Source of the DNA: Eledone cirrhosa
Taxonomy: Eukaryota
Length of the DNA stretch: 64,000 nt
Direction of reading: 5' to 3'
Assembly (NCBI GenBank): GCA_964016885.1
Contig: OZ024740.1
Span: forward strand, 65,100,001 to 65,164,000
The translations under genes and the position numbers were made by a program. This document shows, piece after piece, positions 1 to 13,011 of this stretch. The notes beneath the pieces are model-generated. The model did no database searches and was not told the origin of the DNA. It was given only the letters and a program-made list of their open reading frames with translations. How positions within the stretch are numbered: position 1 is the stretch's first letter; each line of letters begins with the position of its first letter.

Positions 1-430
1 ATCTACAGAATGGATTCTCTTTCTTGAGCTGGGCTTGTTACTCATTTAAGAGCTCACAAGAATCAGAACTCTGGGCCCGATTATGCTTATGTCTTCCTTG
101 ATAGGCCTGCTGGGTATTCTCGTTAGTTTTGCGACAAAGCTGCTGGTGTCAAGTGGCATATGGGAGTGAATAAAGAGCAAAGTACATCCAAGACGACAAT
201 CCTAGGGCTTTATGTCTGTCATATGTGTAAAAGAGTATTCGGGAGAGAAGCAGGTTTTCAGGGTTATTCGCGGACCCATGGCTGTTCAGCAAAACGTCGG
301 TGAAATTACCCTCTTCTATAAAGAAGCGGCAATTATCATATATATAGATATATATACAGGGTGTTCCCCAAAAATCTGTACATACATTAAAAAGAATGCT
401 GTTGAAGTGTGTATATATTTTTGGGACACC

Positions 431-473
<43 letters not shown>

Positions 474-633
474 GGATAACAAGGTATCGTTTAAGGTAAT
501 CCAATTAGATGTTGTGAGTACTCTATACCGTGGATAGTTTTAACTTACGGCGTTGTTTGACTCAACAAGAAATTTCCTTAGTTAGGTGGCGAGTTTAAGA
601 GAATTCCCATGCAGGTCGTTCTAGGTGTAATAA

Positions 634-913
634 TAGTGAAAGAGTGAATAATAACATGCTCGGCTGTACAAAAAGGCTTTATTTACAGTATTAACAATTG
701 TTTCATTGATCAGGTGAGTATAAAGGCCGCTGATCGCTAGAAATTGGGTCTCTCGAGCTTAATTACAGTGTTTCTCTGATCAACTCATCGGTATTCCGAT
801 GATTTGTTCAGAGACACACACAGCGGCTTTTAGACTCACCTGATTAATGAAACGATTGTTAATACTGTAAATAAACACATTTTGTACCGCCGACCACGTT
901 GTTCTTCACTTTT

Positions 914-920
<7 letters not shown>
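634..920. repeat. Imperfect inverted repeat built from two back-to-back hammerhead-containing arms
   Basis: TAGTGAAAGAGTGAA...GGCCGCTG at the left pairs with CAGCGGCT...TTCACTTTTTCACTA at the right; centre near 793. Confidence 0.8.
791..865 (+). ncRNA. Type I hammerhead ribozyme motif (extended stem II)
   Basis: GTATT-CCGATGA-TTTGTTCAG...CTGATTAAT-GAAAC-GATT-GTT-AATAC; stem I GTATT/AATAC; core has U4C. Confidence 0.65.
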
Positions 921-1004
<84 letters not shown>

Positions 1005-1141
1005 GAGTTTTTTTTTACAAAATGAGAAAATAACCGAGGTGTCCTACACGAGTTAAAGTATAAAGAAAAAAAGATGAAATCGAAAATGCAACTGGAGTCT
1101 TATTAAAAAAAATATATATATATTTATTTGGTTCCTTTACC

Positions 1142-3368
1142 GGTTTCGCTCCGCCAAAAGGAAGAAATATCTATCTCGACCAATACATTGACATCCTGTC
1201 TAAATTTCCTCTTAGACGTAATACTAATGTTAGGCCAAACATTAACAAATCAGAAATGTCTGCACTTAAACGTATACAAAATGATAAAACAATAATAATT
1301 AAACAAGCAGATAAAGGGGGTGCAGTTGTTATAATGGATGATGAATACTACAAGGATTTGGTTGAGGAACAACTGAAAGACACAACAGTCTATCATGAAA
1401 TACCGTCAAATATATACCACAACATCATGAAGAAGATCAACAACCTGGCTTCAAAATACCACAACTCACTTACTAATAAGGAAAGAGACTACATCACCAA
1501 TTTTGAGCCAAAACCCAGCAACCTGTATGGCCTACCGAAAGTTCATAAGTCAAAAGAAATACAACTGGCAGTAAGAGAACAAAACAGTGAGTACATTAAA
1601 TTACTACACCCAAAAGCCTTAAAAATTAGACCTATTATAGCTGGTCCAACATGCCCCACTCACCGTCTAAGCAATTTTGTTGACACTATTTTGAAACCAT
1701 TAGGGCAGTAGATTGGCAGTATCGGTGGAGGGTCGGACGGCATGCTTTGCAGCATAGTTACGTCCCTTTACGATCAGAGTTCAAATCCCGCCGAGGTTGA
1801 CTTTGCCTTTCATCCTTACGGGGTCGATAAAATAAAGTACCAGTAATGCACTGGGTATTTGCTGGCCTTGTGCCTAAAGTAGAAACAATTATTTTGAAAC
1901 CATTATGTATTCACATACCCAGTTTCATCCGGGATGATATCGACTTCTTGTCCCATCTTGCCAAAACCACGGAAACGAATTCACTTCTACTTAGTTTCGA
2001 TGTGGTAAGCCTTTACACCAACATTACACATGATTTAGGAATAAAGGCGGTTAAATACTGTGTGGAAAAACATAGAGAAGTGATTCCCCTCAGATTCACA
2101 GCGCCATTTATATTAGAATCAGTTAAATATATTCTGGAAAACAACACTTTCTTCTTCAATGGAAAGAATTACATCCAAATTAGAAGCACAGCGATGGGAA
2201 CGAAGTTTGCTCCCGTTTACGCGAACTCTGTAATGGGATACTTAGAACAACAACTCTACCAAGAAATAGAGGAAAAATATAGTACTAACTTTAGAAAGTA
2301 CATTGGAAAATCTTGGAAGAGATACCTTGACGACTGTTTCATCATCTGGACAGAATCTCTAGATACTCTGGATGAGTTCAATATCCTCCTGAATAACCTA
2401 CACACATCTCTACAATCCACAAAGGAGATGAGTAGGTTCAAATTACCATTCCTGATATAATGAGAATCAAAAACGACACCACCATTACCACGGATATATA
2501 TTATAAACACACAGACACCCATCAATATCTGAATTTTAAGTCGTGCCATCCACCTCATACAAAACGCAACATCCCATACTGCCTAGCCAGAAGAATTTGT
2601 ACCTTTGTAGAAGATACGAATACCAGGTACAAACGCCTAACAGAACTAAGAGAATTTTTGCTCAAACAAAAATACCCATCTCTACTTATAGAAAATGGCA
2701 TACAGCGGGCTATAAAAATACCTATACAACAACTTAGGACAACCCAAGGAAGAAGAAACCAAGAACTGGTCATACCATTTATAATGACACACAACCCATG
2801 TCAGCAGAATATCTTCAACACTGCCAAAGCAAACCTACCGATGATTGCTCAAAGTAATGAATTAAAAGGCTTAATCACAGATCGATCTTTGACTCTTAGT
2901 AAAAGACAGCCGAAAGATTTGAAGCAATTACTAACAAAAGCAAAGTTTGACCTTAACAACAAAGACCAATAATTCACTGTATCTAAATGCAATGATAGTC
3001 GATGCGGCACATGTCAATCCATACACGCCGGTCAATATATGAAAACAAAAACTGGAAAAATATTCCCAAATGCAAATATGAACTGCAAAAGCAGAAATCT
3101 AATTTACTGCATTAAATGCCCGAATTGTGAAGAACTCTATGTCGGTCAAACTGGAAATGCACTATCGGAACGTGCACGGGTACACCATCAGCAAGTCAGA
3201 GACCCAAATGTCCGTCAGATACCCCTAAGTAACCATCTAGCAACATGTGGTCAGGGAATATTTATAATATTCCCATTCTACAAATTACACAGCCCAAGTG
3301 AAATCAAGAGAAAAATCAAAGAAACGAATTTTATTGATAAATTCAAACCCAAGCTAAATGAACAATAA
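1142..3368 (+). pseudogene. Disrupted PLE polyprotein (RT-GIY-YIG)
   Basis: ORFs 1256-1711, 1846-2460, 2460-2972 and 3039-3368 join into one reading. It is broken by a SINE insertion (1703-1889), a frameshift near 2455 and a TAA at 2970-2972; the frame continues into the GIY-YIG ORF. Confidence 0.9.
1703..1889 (+). mobile_element. tRNA-derived SINE with 16-bp target-site duplication
   Basis: A-box-like TGGCAGTATCGG, B-box GAGTTCAAATCC and core GCCTTTCATCCTTACGGGGTCGATAAAATAAAGTACCAG (resembles the Meta/Sauria-type SINE core). TSD TATTTTGAAACCATTA at 1687-1702 and 1890-1905. Confidence 0.92.
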
Positions 3369-3745
3369 TAATGCTTAGGGGTATTACTTCTACTATGACT
3401 ATGACTACTACCATGTCGACTACGACCACTAACAACAACGACAACAATAATAATAATAATAAAAGTGATGTTGATGGTGATGATTACTAGAAAATGCTAT
3501 TTTCATCATTTCTAAAAATAGCAAAACAGTTGATGCTTTGGATAGGATCAATTAGTGGTCGTTAGACATGCTCAACCAACCGTGACGCCTAAACCAATCA
3601 GCTTTAGTAATTCTACACACCGATTGCTCGAAATACAGTTTGCAAGATTTAGCATTCTGGAGCCACTTTTCACTGTATATAAGGTACAAAATTTACCCAT
3701 CTCATTACAGCTGAAAATTGCAAACTTGACTGTCACCACACATTA

Positions 3746-3784
3746 TGAACCTGAAGATTGCGAAAGCATGAAAATACTTGTTCA
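3746..3784 (+). ncRNA. Minimal type I hammerhead motif in PLE 3' pseudo-LTR
   Basis: TGAAC-CTGAAGA-TTGC GAAA GCAT-GAAA-ATAC-TT-GTTCA; stem I TGAAC/GTTCA. Confidence 0.7.
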
Positions 3785-3931
3785 ATTAACACTTAACATT
3801 TAATATTCTATCATACTATTTTATTATAATACCATTATAAATTTTAAAGGATTGTAAATAAAACGAGTAAATCAGACAAAGTTGGAATTCCTCTTATTAA
3901 TATAATCTTCTATACACAATCATACACACCC

Positions 3932-3980
<49 letters not shown>

Positions 3981-4661
3981 TGTTTACTGTAGTCTAATTA
4001 ATTCTATATTTTGCTTCGGTCACGTGTACGCCAACGCTACACACGCTTTTTAAATATTTACCCTCCAGCAATAGAAAGAAAAAAAATTGATAAGTAGTTA
4101 AATCTTAATAGTAAATACTGATTAGTTTTCTAGCACCGCTGACAATTTTCATTAGCCAAGTTCATATTTCTAATAATTTGCTTGAATAGTTTTGTAAAAA
4201 TACTCATTAATTATAATTCGAGTTTTTTACGCCTTTTACTTTCAGAGTGACGAATATAAATTTTAAACATTACTTACAATGTTAAAGTAAGATATATACT
4301 CTTCTCAAATAAATGTGAATAATAACAGTTGCAAAAAATATTACAGTGTTATATATAGTTTGCTGAAGGTGATGGAGTTTTGAGATAATGTTTGCTTATC
4401 AGACACAAATATCATGCTGGAATAAAGCTAAACACGTATAGTTTCTTCTACATTTTATGGTCGCGGCTAACCCAACTTCCCAAATAATAACAATGCAACG
4501 AGTTGCTAGCTTATGGACCTTTATACAATCAGTAATCAAAGGAAACATATATTTAACCACTTAATATATAATGTTAATAGAATGACCATGGGTGGAGAGG
4601 CTTGAATCGTAGCCGTGCTGAATTGGGTCTTCCCTCATGCTGAACAACAGAAGCGTAAATA

Positions 4662-4781
4662 TTCTTCTTCTTCTTCTTCTTCTTCTTCTTCTTCTTCTTC
4701 TTCTTCTTCTTCTTCTTCTTCTTCTTCTTCTTCTTCTTCTTCTTCTTCTTCTTCTTCTTCTTCTTCTTCTTCTTCTTCTTC
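4662..4781. repeat. (TTC)n microsatellite
   Basis: About 40 perfect TTC units; source of the poly-S and poly-L pseudo-ORFs. Confidence 0.97.
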
Positions 4782-5374
4782 TCGGTTCTCTGTTAAAGTG
4801 TCATCTTATCTCTGTTAGGTATTGGTCAACGATGGTCAATTTCATGCTGGACTTTGCGATTCCGTGGAATTTCATCTCGGGATGCAATGAGCAGGAACAG
4901 ACACCCCACAATCATCCAATAAATCAGCATTAACTGGAACTTAATTTGTTGACCTTGAAAAGAATAAAGGCAATATTCTCTTCGACGATAATTGAATTCG
5001 AATGTCAATAAACCGACTGAAATACAAGGCTCTAACAATACCAGCTTGTAAATAAAATAATAAAATATGTTTGTTCTTTCCATTATATGAGCGGACGTGT
5101 ACCTATTTTTGAATTATTATGTTTTAAAAATTCCTTTAGTATTGTTTCTGTCGAAATCATACTTTAATTGTTAGGAGTTACTTAAATCTTTACATATATG
5201 GTTACTATCGAAATCATATAAAATAAAATACAAATGTCTCTTTGAAAAGGCACTGTTTAGAGACATCGTCAAAGAAAACTTACTACTGATGGAATTCTTT
5301 CTTTTAAAGTTGACTTTGATATTACAAGCAATATAACTTAAGGGACATTTAACTTCTAGATATTTCGTATTATC

Positions 5375-5880
5375 ATTTCATCCTTACGGGGTCGATAAAA
5401 TAAAGTACCAGTAATACACTGGGATAATTGCTGGCCTAGTGCCAAAGTAGAAACAATTATTTGTAGGGCGGTGGATTGGCAATATCGGTAGAGAGTCGGA
5501 CGCCATGCTTTGTAGCATAGAGTTACGCCCATTTACGGTCTAAGGTCATATCCCGCCGAGATTAACTTTGCTTTACATTCTTACGGGGTCGACAAAATAA
5601 AGTACCAGTCACGCACTGGGGTCGATTTAATTGACTTTCCCCTCTCCCAAAATTGATGGCCTTGTGCCTATATAAGAAACCATTATTTGTAGGGCGGTGG
5701 ATTGGCAGTATCCGTAGAGGGTCGGACCCTATGCTTTGCAGCATAGAGTTACGCCCCTTTACAATCTAATTTCAAATACCGCCGAGGCTATCTATGCCTT
5801 TCATCCTTACGGGGTCGATAACATAGAGAAACCAATAATGCACTAGTATGATTGCTGGCCTTGCGCCAAAGGTAGAATCA
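5375..5880 (+). mobile_element. Cluster of three tRNA-derived SINE copies (head-to-tail)
   Basis: Same core and head as 1703-1889: partial copy ~5375-5460, full copies ~5464-5690 and ~5691-5880. Confidence 0.88.
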
Positions 5881-6390
5881 TTTTGTAAATAATGTGAGTG
5901 TTTGCAAGCCACATCAATAAAATTTGAATAATTTAATAAGGTATTTTAAAAGAAAAAGTGGGTAGTCCACTGCCTTTTCCTTATCATATCTATTTACGTA
6001 TTTCAGAATTTCATATTTTCCTCGTTTACAAAATATTCCCTAATGTGCTAATGCATCTTATCTATTTCTGATTCGTCCCCTTTCTGTACATAAGTTGTAG
6101 ACTATTCAAATAAAAGAGTTACCACACTCTAATAACGCTGAATTTCATAATTGTTGTATTTGCACAATAGACAGTAGACAAGAATGTAAATAACTGTCAC
6201 TTCAAAAAGATCACGTATGGTGCAAACAGTTTTCATATTTTGGATTAGCATATGTCGCTGTTATTATCTACTTGAAAAAAATTAGATTGTAATTATATAT
6301 CGCTCTTTATAGATCTTGTCAGACATTTGGGAAATATCTCATGTCTAACTATCTGGATATCTCTCTCTCTCTGTCTCTCTCTCTAATATA

Positions 6391-6422
<32 letters not shown>

Positions 6423-6758
6423 CCAACCTATATATCTACTTCACTTTCTCTCATTTTCTTTCTTTAAATATATATATATGTATATATATATATATCCATC
6501 TTTCTAACTCCGTCTCTCTCCTTTCTTAATCACCCCCATTTCGCCCTCGACTCTCTTCCCGCTCCCTCAAAATTTATGTGACGAGGTGTACCAATATAGG
6601 TATGAAATAACATCCTAAACAGTTAAATGTTTCCATTGCAAAGGTGTATTTGTTGGAGAATGATGTATGTATGTATGTATGTATGTATGTATGTATGTAT
6701 GTATGTATGTATGTATGTATGTATGTATGTATGTATGTATGTATTGATGTGTGTGTAT

Positions 6759-7368
6759 GTCAGGTCACCAGTTGGTGCTACTGGTAACATGTATCCCAGT
6801 ACAACCTGTCTCATGGTCGGGTCGTTGGCGACTAAACTGGCAACCCAACTATGGTTTCTTGGTGAGGAGGGTGACTTTGGTCATCCTGCAGGACTAAAAA
6901 CAAAACCTATCAAAGGCCAAAGGAGCTCTTAAGAGTCAATGGTCATCCAAAATCACCGGGAGAGATGACCCCATAGCTTTTGTCAAGGCATAATTCTAGG
7001 AGAAGGAAAACTCTGATATAACACCTGCAACCCTGATGGTATCCAATGATGTTGAATTGTTCTTCTTTTTGGTAAATATCATCTAGGTTAAGAGAGTGGG
7101 ACTGGCTTTGTGTAGTGCCTTTGCTCACTATAAAAGCTTCACGACACAGGCATTGCTTTATATCTGGAGGTCTCTCTGCATTTGTCGTCACATGGAACCA
7201 TGGGCCCCGCACTATGTGTCAATAATTGTCACAAGTGTAGTGTTTGTACCAGAGTTTTCAAGTCGCTGGCTGGACTAAAAAGTCACACTCGTTCAGCGAA
7301 TCGGTAGGAGTTCTCCTACATGGATATAAAGTAGTGGCCGTACTCGAAAACGAGTTGGCAGCCACCAT
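6759..7368 (+). mobile_element. Non-autonomous RTE-derived retroposon, family B (~610 bp)
   Basis: RTE-type 5'UTR motif CTAGGAGAAGGAAAACTCTGA, a C2H2 remnant (HKCSVCTRVFKSLAGLKSHTRS), 3' stem-loop CTCGAAAACGAG and (TATG)n tail. Near-identical copies at 7507, 53815(-), 59013 and 59660. Confidence 0.88.
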
Positions 7369-7506
7369 GTGTGTATGTATGTATATAGGTAGGTATGTAT
7401 GTGTGTATGTATGTATATATGTAGGTATGTATGTATATATGTAGGTATGTATGTGTGTATGTAGGTATGTAGGTATATATGTGTATATGTAGGTATGTAT
7501 GTTTGT

Positions 7507-8035
7507 GCAAGCCCACCAAGGTTTCTTGGTGAGAAGGGTGACTTTGGACATCCTGCAGGACTAAAAACAAAACTTGTCAAAGTGCAAAGGAGCTCTTAAG
7601 AGTCAATGGCCATCCAAAATCACCGGGAGAGATGATCCCTTAGCCTTTGTCAAGGCAGAATTCTAGGAGAAGGAAAACTATGATATAGCACCTACAACCC
7701 TGATGGTATCCAATGATGTTGACGTGTTCTTCTTTTTGGTAAATATCATCTTGGTTAAGAGAGTGGGACTGGCTTTGTGCATTGCCTTTGCTCACCATAA
7801 AAGCTTCACGGCACAGGCATTACTTTATATCTGGAGATCTCTCTGCACTTGTCGTCACAGGGTACAATGGGCCCAGCACTATGTGTCAGTAATTGTCACA
7901 AGTGTAGTGTTTGTACTAGAGTTTTCAAGTCGCTGGCTGGACTAAAAAGTCACACTCGTTCAGCGCATCAGTAGGGGTTCTCCTACTTGGTTATAAAGTA
8001 GTGGCCGTACTCGAAAACGAGTTAGCAGCCACCAT
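7507..8035 (+). mobile_element. Family B copy, 5'-truncated, tandem to previous copy
   Basis: Aligns to 6759-7368 from CCCACCAAGG onward. Confidence 0.88.
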
Positions 8036-8101
8036 GTATGATGTATGTATGTATGTATGTAAAGTCATCGACCTGTTGTCATACTCTCTACTCTGTGATG
8101 A

Positions 8102-8167
<66 letters not shown>

Positions 8168-8725
8168 ATGTGTGTATATACATCACTCAGTCAAACGACC
8201 AGATTTCAACCCCAACATCTACAACAACGACACCCACACTAATGTTTGCAGCAACAACAGCTTTAGAATGAATTGAAATCAACATTTACAACAACAACAA
8301 CAGCGGCATCAAAAGTTAAAAAAAAAAAACCCGCAAACAAACAAAAAAACTCAAAATAACAAAACACACACACACACGCACACAACACAACAATAACATC
8401 AACTTCCACCACCACCACCGCCGCCGCCATCACCATCACCAGCGACCGGGCTTTAAGAAAACAACTTTAATAATAATTTTTCTGCTTTTGGCACGGATCC
8501 AGCGACTGGTACAGCGCATCACTGGTACTCTCTTTTGTTGACTCTGTGGGGATGAAGGGCAAGGTAGACCTCGACGAGATTTAAGCTCAGAGCGTGGAGA
8601 GCCATAACTCTATGCTGTAAAGCAATTATAATAATACTGGACTGTAATACAAACGGCTTCAACTATACAAACTCTTGAAAGTCAACAGTTGACATAATCT
8701 TGTAATCTTGTATCAGTAATGACGG

Positions 8726-8765
<40 letters not shown>

Positions 8766-8910
8766 AAGTGAGTAGCATGTGTGTGTTTGTTTGTATGTAT
8801 GAGTGTTGCTGTGTGCGCGCGTATGTATGCGTGTGTGTGCGCGCATATGTATGCGCGTGTGTGTATGTCGTACGTATAAGTGTCAATAAGTGAGTTGTTG
8901 TTTTTTTTGC

Positions 8911-9241
8911 GCGGGAACATAGAAATAACCGGGCTGGATCGCGCAGTTAAACCTCTGGGAGTGAAGAACTCCTAGCCCTTGTAAGGGCATTCTTCTAGAA
9001 GAAGGCATCTCAGGAAACTGGGTTAACTCCGACATAAAACCTGCGGCTCAGTAGTTACCGATGATGTTGATATTTTCTTCTTTTCGGGTTATAGCTACTG
9101 TCGCTCAGAGAGTGGGATTGGCTCAGTGCACAGTCTTTCCTCACTTTAAAAATATTCGTCACGCACAGGCATTGCACAAGTGCATTAATAATTATTAATA
9201 GTGTACTATTATTATTATTATTATTATTGTTACTATTATTA

Positions 9242-9274
<33 letters not shown>

Positions 9275-11345
9275 CCAATTCAATGATGTTCCAGAACAAT
9301 ATAAAAGAGATAATTGGCAATTTAGGTTCTGGAACAAAAAAGATAATTGGCAATAAGGGTCGGGGCCCCAGGTTATCACAGCCTGGGCCCGCTCGTCATC
9401 GTGCCATTGTAATAGAGCCAAACAAGGCATTTAGTCTTGGCTGCTGGAACGTATGGACGCTGCTTGACAGGGATTCCTTGGGGCGTCCTGAACGAAGGAC
9501 CGCTCTTGTTGCAAAGGAGCTTCGACGTTAAGATCTTGACATCGTGGCTTTATCTGAGACGAGGTTAGCTGGAGATGGTCATCTTACGTGGAGAATATAC
9601 ATTCTTCTGGAAAGGAAGCGATGAAGGAACCAGAAGAGAGGCTAGGGTAGGATTTGCTGTTAAGACTGTTCTTGTGAATAAATTAGAAGAATTCCCAGTA
9701 GGGATTAGTGAGAGTCTTATGTCCATGAGAATTCCGCTGGACAAAGGAAGATATGCTACCCTGGTGAGTGTGTATGCTCTAACTATGAATTCTGTCGATG
9801 AAGAAAAAGTGTCCTTTTACCATGCCTTGAAAGGTATTTTAAGAAATATCCCTCAGGCAGACAAAGTCATCGTGCTTGGTGAATTTAATGCTAGAGTGGG
9901 TAGGGATTTTAACACATGGAATGTAATCGGAAGGCATGGGGTGGGCAAGTGTAACAACAATGGTATGCTCCTGCTGCAGATGTGTGAGGAGCTGGATCTC
10001 TGTGATACCAACACCATGTTCCAACAAAAGAACAAATTCAAGACACATGGATGCATCCTGCATCTAAGGAATGGCATCTTTTGGAATACGTCCTAGTCAG
10101 GATGCGTGACAGACAGGATGTGCAGTGTGTTCGTGCTCTTCGTGGAGCTGAGTGCTAGAAAGGCGACTCTGGGGTCGGCGAGACATATGCAGGAGGACAA
10201 AGGTAAAGGTGTACAGGGCATGTGTGCTCTCTTGTCTTCTTTATGCCTGCGAGACCTGGGTCACATATCGACACCACCTTAAGCAATTGGAGCGTTTCCA
10301 TCAGGTGTGTCTCAGACGGATCAATGGCGTTCACTGGAGGCACCACATCAGTGGTGTCGAGATTTTGGAAAGCTCTATGTGTGACAGTATAGAAGCTCTT
10401 GTGCTTAAGCAACGACTCCGTTGGAGTGGTCACCTTGCCAGGATGAAGGATTCTACAATACCAAAACAACTCTTTTATGGAGAGTTGGTTAAAGGAAAAC
10501 GACCGCCACATAAACCAAAAAAAGGTATAAGGATTCCTTGAAAGCCTCTCTGAAAGACGATAACATCTCTGCTGATACATGGGAAAATATTGCTGCTGAT
10601 CGTAATAAATGGAGAAAGACTGTATATGAGGGAAAAGTTGCCTTTGAGGCATCTCGAATCGCATACGTAAAGCGGGATGTGAGGAAGGCCATTGCTGTTG
10701 CACTTCCAGACGGCGAGGGTCCTCCTATGGTGCTGACATGCAGCGTCTGTGCGAGACTCTGCCTAAGCAAAGCTGGACTCGAAAGTCATCTTCGCAGTCA
10801 TAAAGTAAGACCAGTGGTTGACTACCAGGCTGCTGTTGGAGATGCTACTCATCATGCTTGCCAAACATGTGGTAGAGAATGTAAATCAGCAGGAGGGCTC
10901 AAGCGACATGCAAAAGTACACGAACTCCAACCAGAACCGACTATTCCCAGTGAATGTTTTGGTTGCCGACTCTGTGCAAGACATTTTAGATCATTGGCTG
11001 GGCCAAAAACCACATTCGATCGCAGCGCTGTTAGTTGCTATCGTGTGTGTGTCTGTGTATAGATATGTTTATGTGTGTGCGTCTATGTGTATATATATAT
11101 GTATATGTATATTATTATTGTTGTTGTCGTTATTATTATTGTTGTTATTATTACTATTATTATTGTTATTAATGTATATGTGTGTGTGTATATATATGTG
11201 TGTGTATATATGTATATGTATATGTATATGTGTATATATACATATATATTTCTTTTTTTTTCATTTTCTTTTTTATTTATTTATTAATTTTTTTTCTCTC
11301 CTCGTGCAATGGCCATACTCGATAACGAGAGGGCAGCCATCATGC
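8911..11345 (+). mobile_element. RTE-clade LINE with internal deletion of the RT domain
   Basis: 5'UTR 8911-9200; APE motifs CWNVWTL, ALSETRL, VGFAVK, LGEFNARVG, NGMLLL. The reading jumps at ~10156 from RGAEC to the post-RT LERRLW...KVYRACVLSCLLYACETW...RLRWSGHLARM. Three C2H2-like fingers, then 3' end GGCCATACTCGATAACGAGAGGGCAGCCATC + (TATG)n. Confidence 0.9.
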
Positions 11346-11384
11346 ATGTATGTATGTATGTATGTATGTATGTATGTATGTATG

Positions 11385-11415
<31 letters not shown>

Positions 11416-11506
11416 GTATGTAAGTATGTATGTATGTATGTATGTATTTGTGTGTATGTATGTATGTGTGTGTGTGTGTCTGTGCGTATATATGTATGTA
11501 AGTATG

Positions 11507-11670
11507 TCGGGTCACATCTGAGTGCTACTGGTAACATGTAACCCAGTACAACCTGTCGCATGGTCGGATCGTCGGTGACTAAACCGGCAACTCCACCAAG
11601 TTTACTTGGTGAGGACAAAAAGCAAAATCTGACAAAGGGCGGAAGAACTCATAAGCGTCAACGGCCATAC
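11507..11670 (+). mobile_element. Diverged 5' fragment related to family B
   Basis: GGTCAC...GTGCTACTGGTAACATGTAACCCAGTACAACCTGTC...GACTAAACCGGCAAC matches the family B leader. Confidence 0.7.
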
Positions 11671-11746
11671 AAAAATGTGTAAATAAGTATGTACATGTGT
11701 ATATATGCATATATGTGTATATGTGTATGCATATGTATGTATGTGA

Positions 11747-12092
11747 GCGTGGACATAGAAATAATCGGGCTCGTTACCCGATCGCCTGGTTAAACCACTG
11801 AGAGTGAAGGACCCCTAGCCTTTGTCAGGACATTCTTCTAGGAGAAAGCAACTCAAGAAACTGGGAAAACTATGACATAAAACCTGCGGCTCAGTAGTTA
11901 CCGATTATGCTGTTCGTTTCTTCTTTTCGAGTTATAGCTACTGTCGCTCAGAGAGTGGGATTGTCTCAGTCACAGTCTTTCCTCACTTTAAAAAAATCTT
12001 CACGTACGGGCATTGCATGATAACATTAATTGATAATTAATAGTCTTATATCATGCCATGGCCATACTCGATAACGAGGGGGCAGGCATCAT
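11747..12092 (+). mobile_element. Non-autonomous RTE derivative, family A (~340 bp; 5'UTR + 3' terminus of the 8911 LINE)
   Basis: Matches 8911-9200 fused directly to the last ~40 nt of the LINE (11301-11345). Confidence 0.85.
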
Positions 12093-13011
12093 GTATGTAT
12101 GTATATATGTATGTATGTGTCTATGAATGTATGCCTGTATTTACGTACGTATGTTTATGGACTTTCTGTCTCGTCATATGTATTGTGGGAGTTTGTGCAT
12201 TTACAGCAATATGGTGTGTATACACGCGCGTGTGTATGCGCGTGTCTGTTTATTAGATTTTACATGCAGTTGTGTTTTCTTTGGAAGATTTCTTCCTAAA
12301 TTTCTTATTTTTTGTAAATATATATTTTCCTTCTTTGAAAACAAAATACAACATCATTGTTTCGTGATGTTTTGCAGCTATTAGCTATATAGAATATATA
12401 ACACTTTGTACTGACTCCTATAGAACTTAATAGAAATCGATTATGGTTCTGTTACATTTCATTTCTGCATTGTGCGTATTGATATCGGTTCTTTAACGTT
12501 CTACAGCGAGAAAAAGGGAAAAAACTGAAGTAGTCTCTAACCTTGCCCATATGGACTTGTGATAGTCAAACTTACAAACACTAGTAGTGACAGTGTTTAA
12601 TTTCGTCGAATAACTATTGGGGGAATTGTTGAATGGATAAGTCGAACGGGGAGCACAAATTATGTTTGAAACCTGAAAAAATAGCAATTGCCTTAGAATG
12701 TAAAATATTAATATTTTACACTTTTATTTGCTTGTTGTGTATGTATTCAGGCAAATATCACTATGGATTACTGGATAATAATTGTAAATGATTTTAGCAC
12801 ATTTTCAAAGTAAGCTTTTTAGGATTCTCCGAGGTTTAGACTGATAAACGTATGTTCGGAGCAGCTCTATTAGGTGATCATTGAATTACCGATGTATGGA
12901 GTTTATTATTAGATTGTAAAACTGTTCTAAATTATTAGAGTTTATTATTAGATAGTAAAACTGCTCTAAATCTATGTTTAGTTATTATTCATATTCATTA
13001 GTTTAAGGCAT

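Larger units (their letters stand above)
1142..3930 (+). mobile_element. Penelope-like retroelement (RT + GIY-YIG, Neptune-like), 5'-truncated and degenerate
   Basis: RT motifs KQADKGGAVV, YGLPKVHK, RPIIAG, FDVVSLYTNI, TAMGTKFAPVYAN, WKRYLDDCF, YYKHTDTHQYL. A Cys linker CNDSRCGTC follows the stop at 2970, then GIY-YIG NLIYCIKCPNCEELYVGQTG. A hammerhead motif lies in the 3' tail (3746-3784). Confidence 0.93.

Noticed and set aside
1703-1800. tRNA gene
   Set aside because: A and B boxes are present but there is no cloverleaf; it is the head of a multicopy SINE.
4615-4933. Poly-Ser and poly-Leu ORFs
   Set aside because: They come from the (TTC)n microsatellite.
6759-6850. Canonical HDV-like or twister ribozyme in the family B leader
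   Set aside because: I could not build P1/P3/L3 of HDV or the twister core by eye; kept only as an unspecified structured leader.
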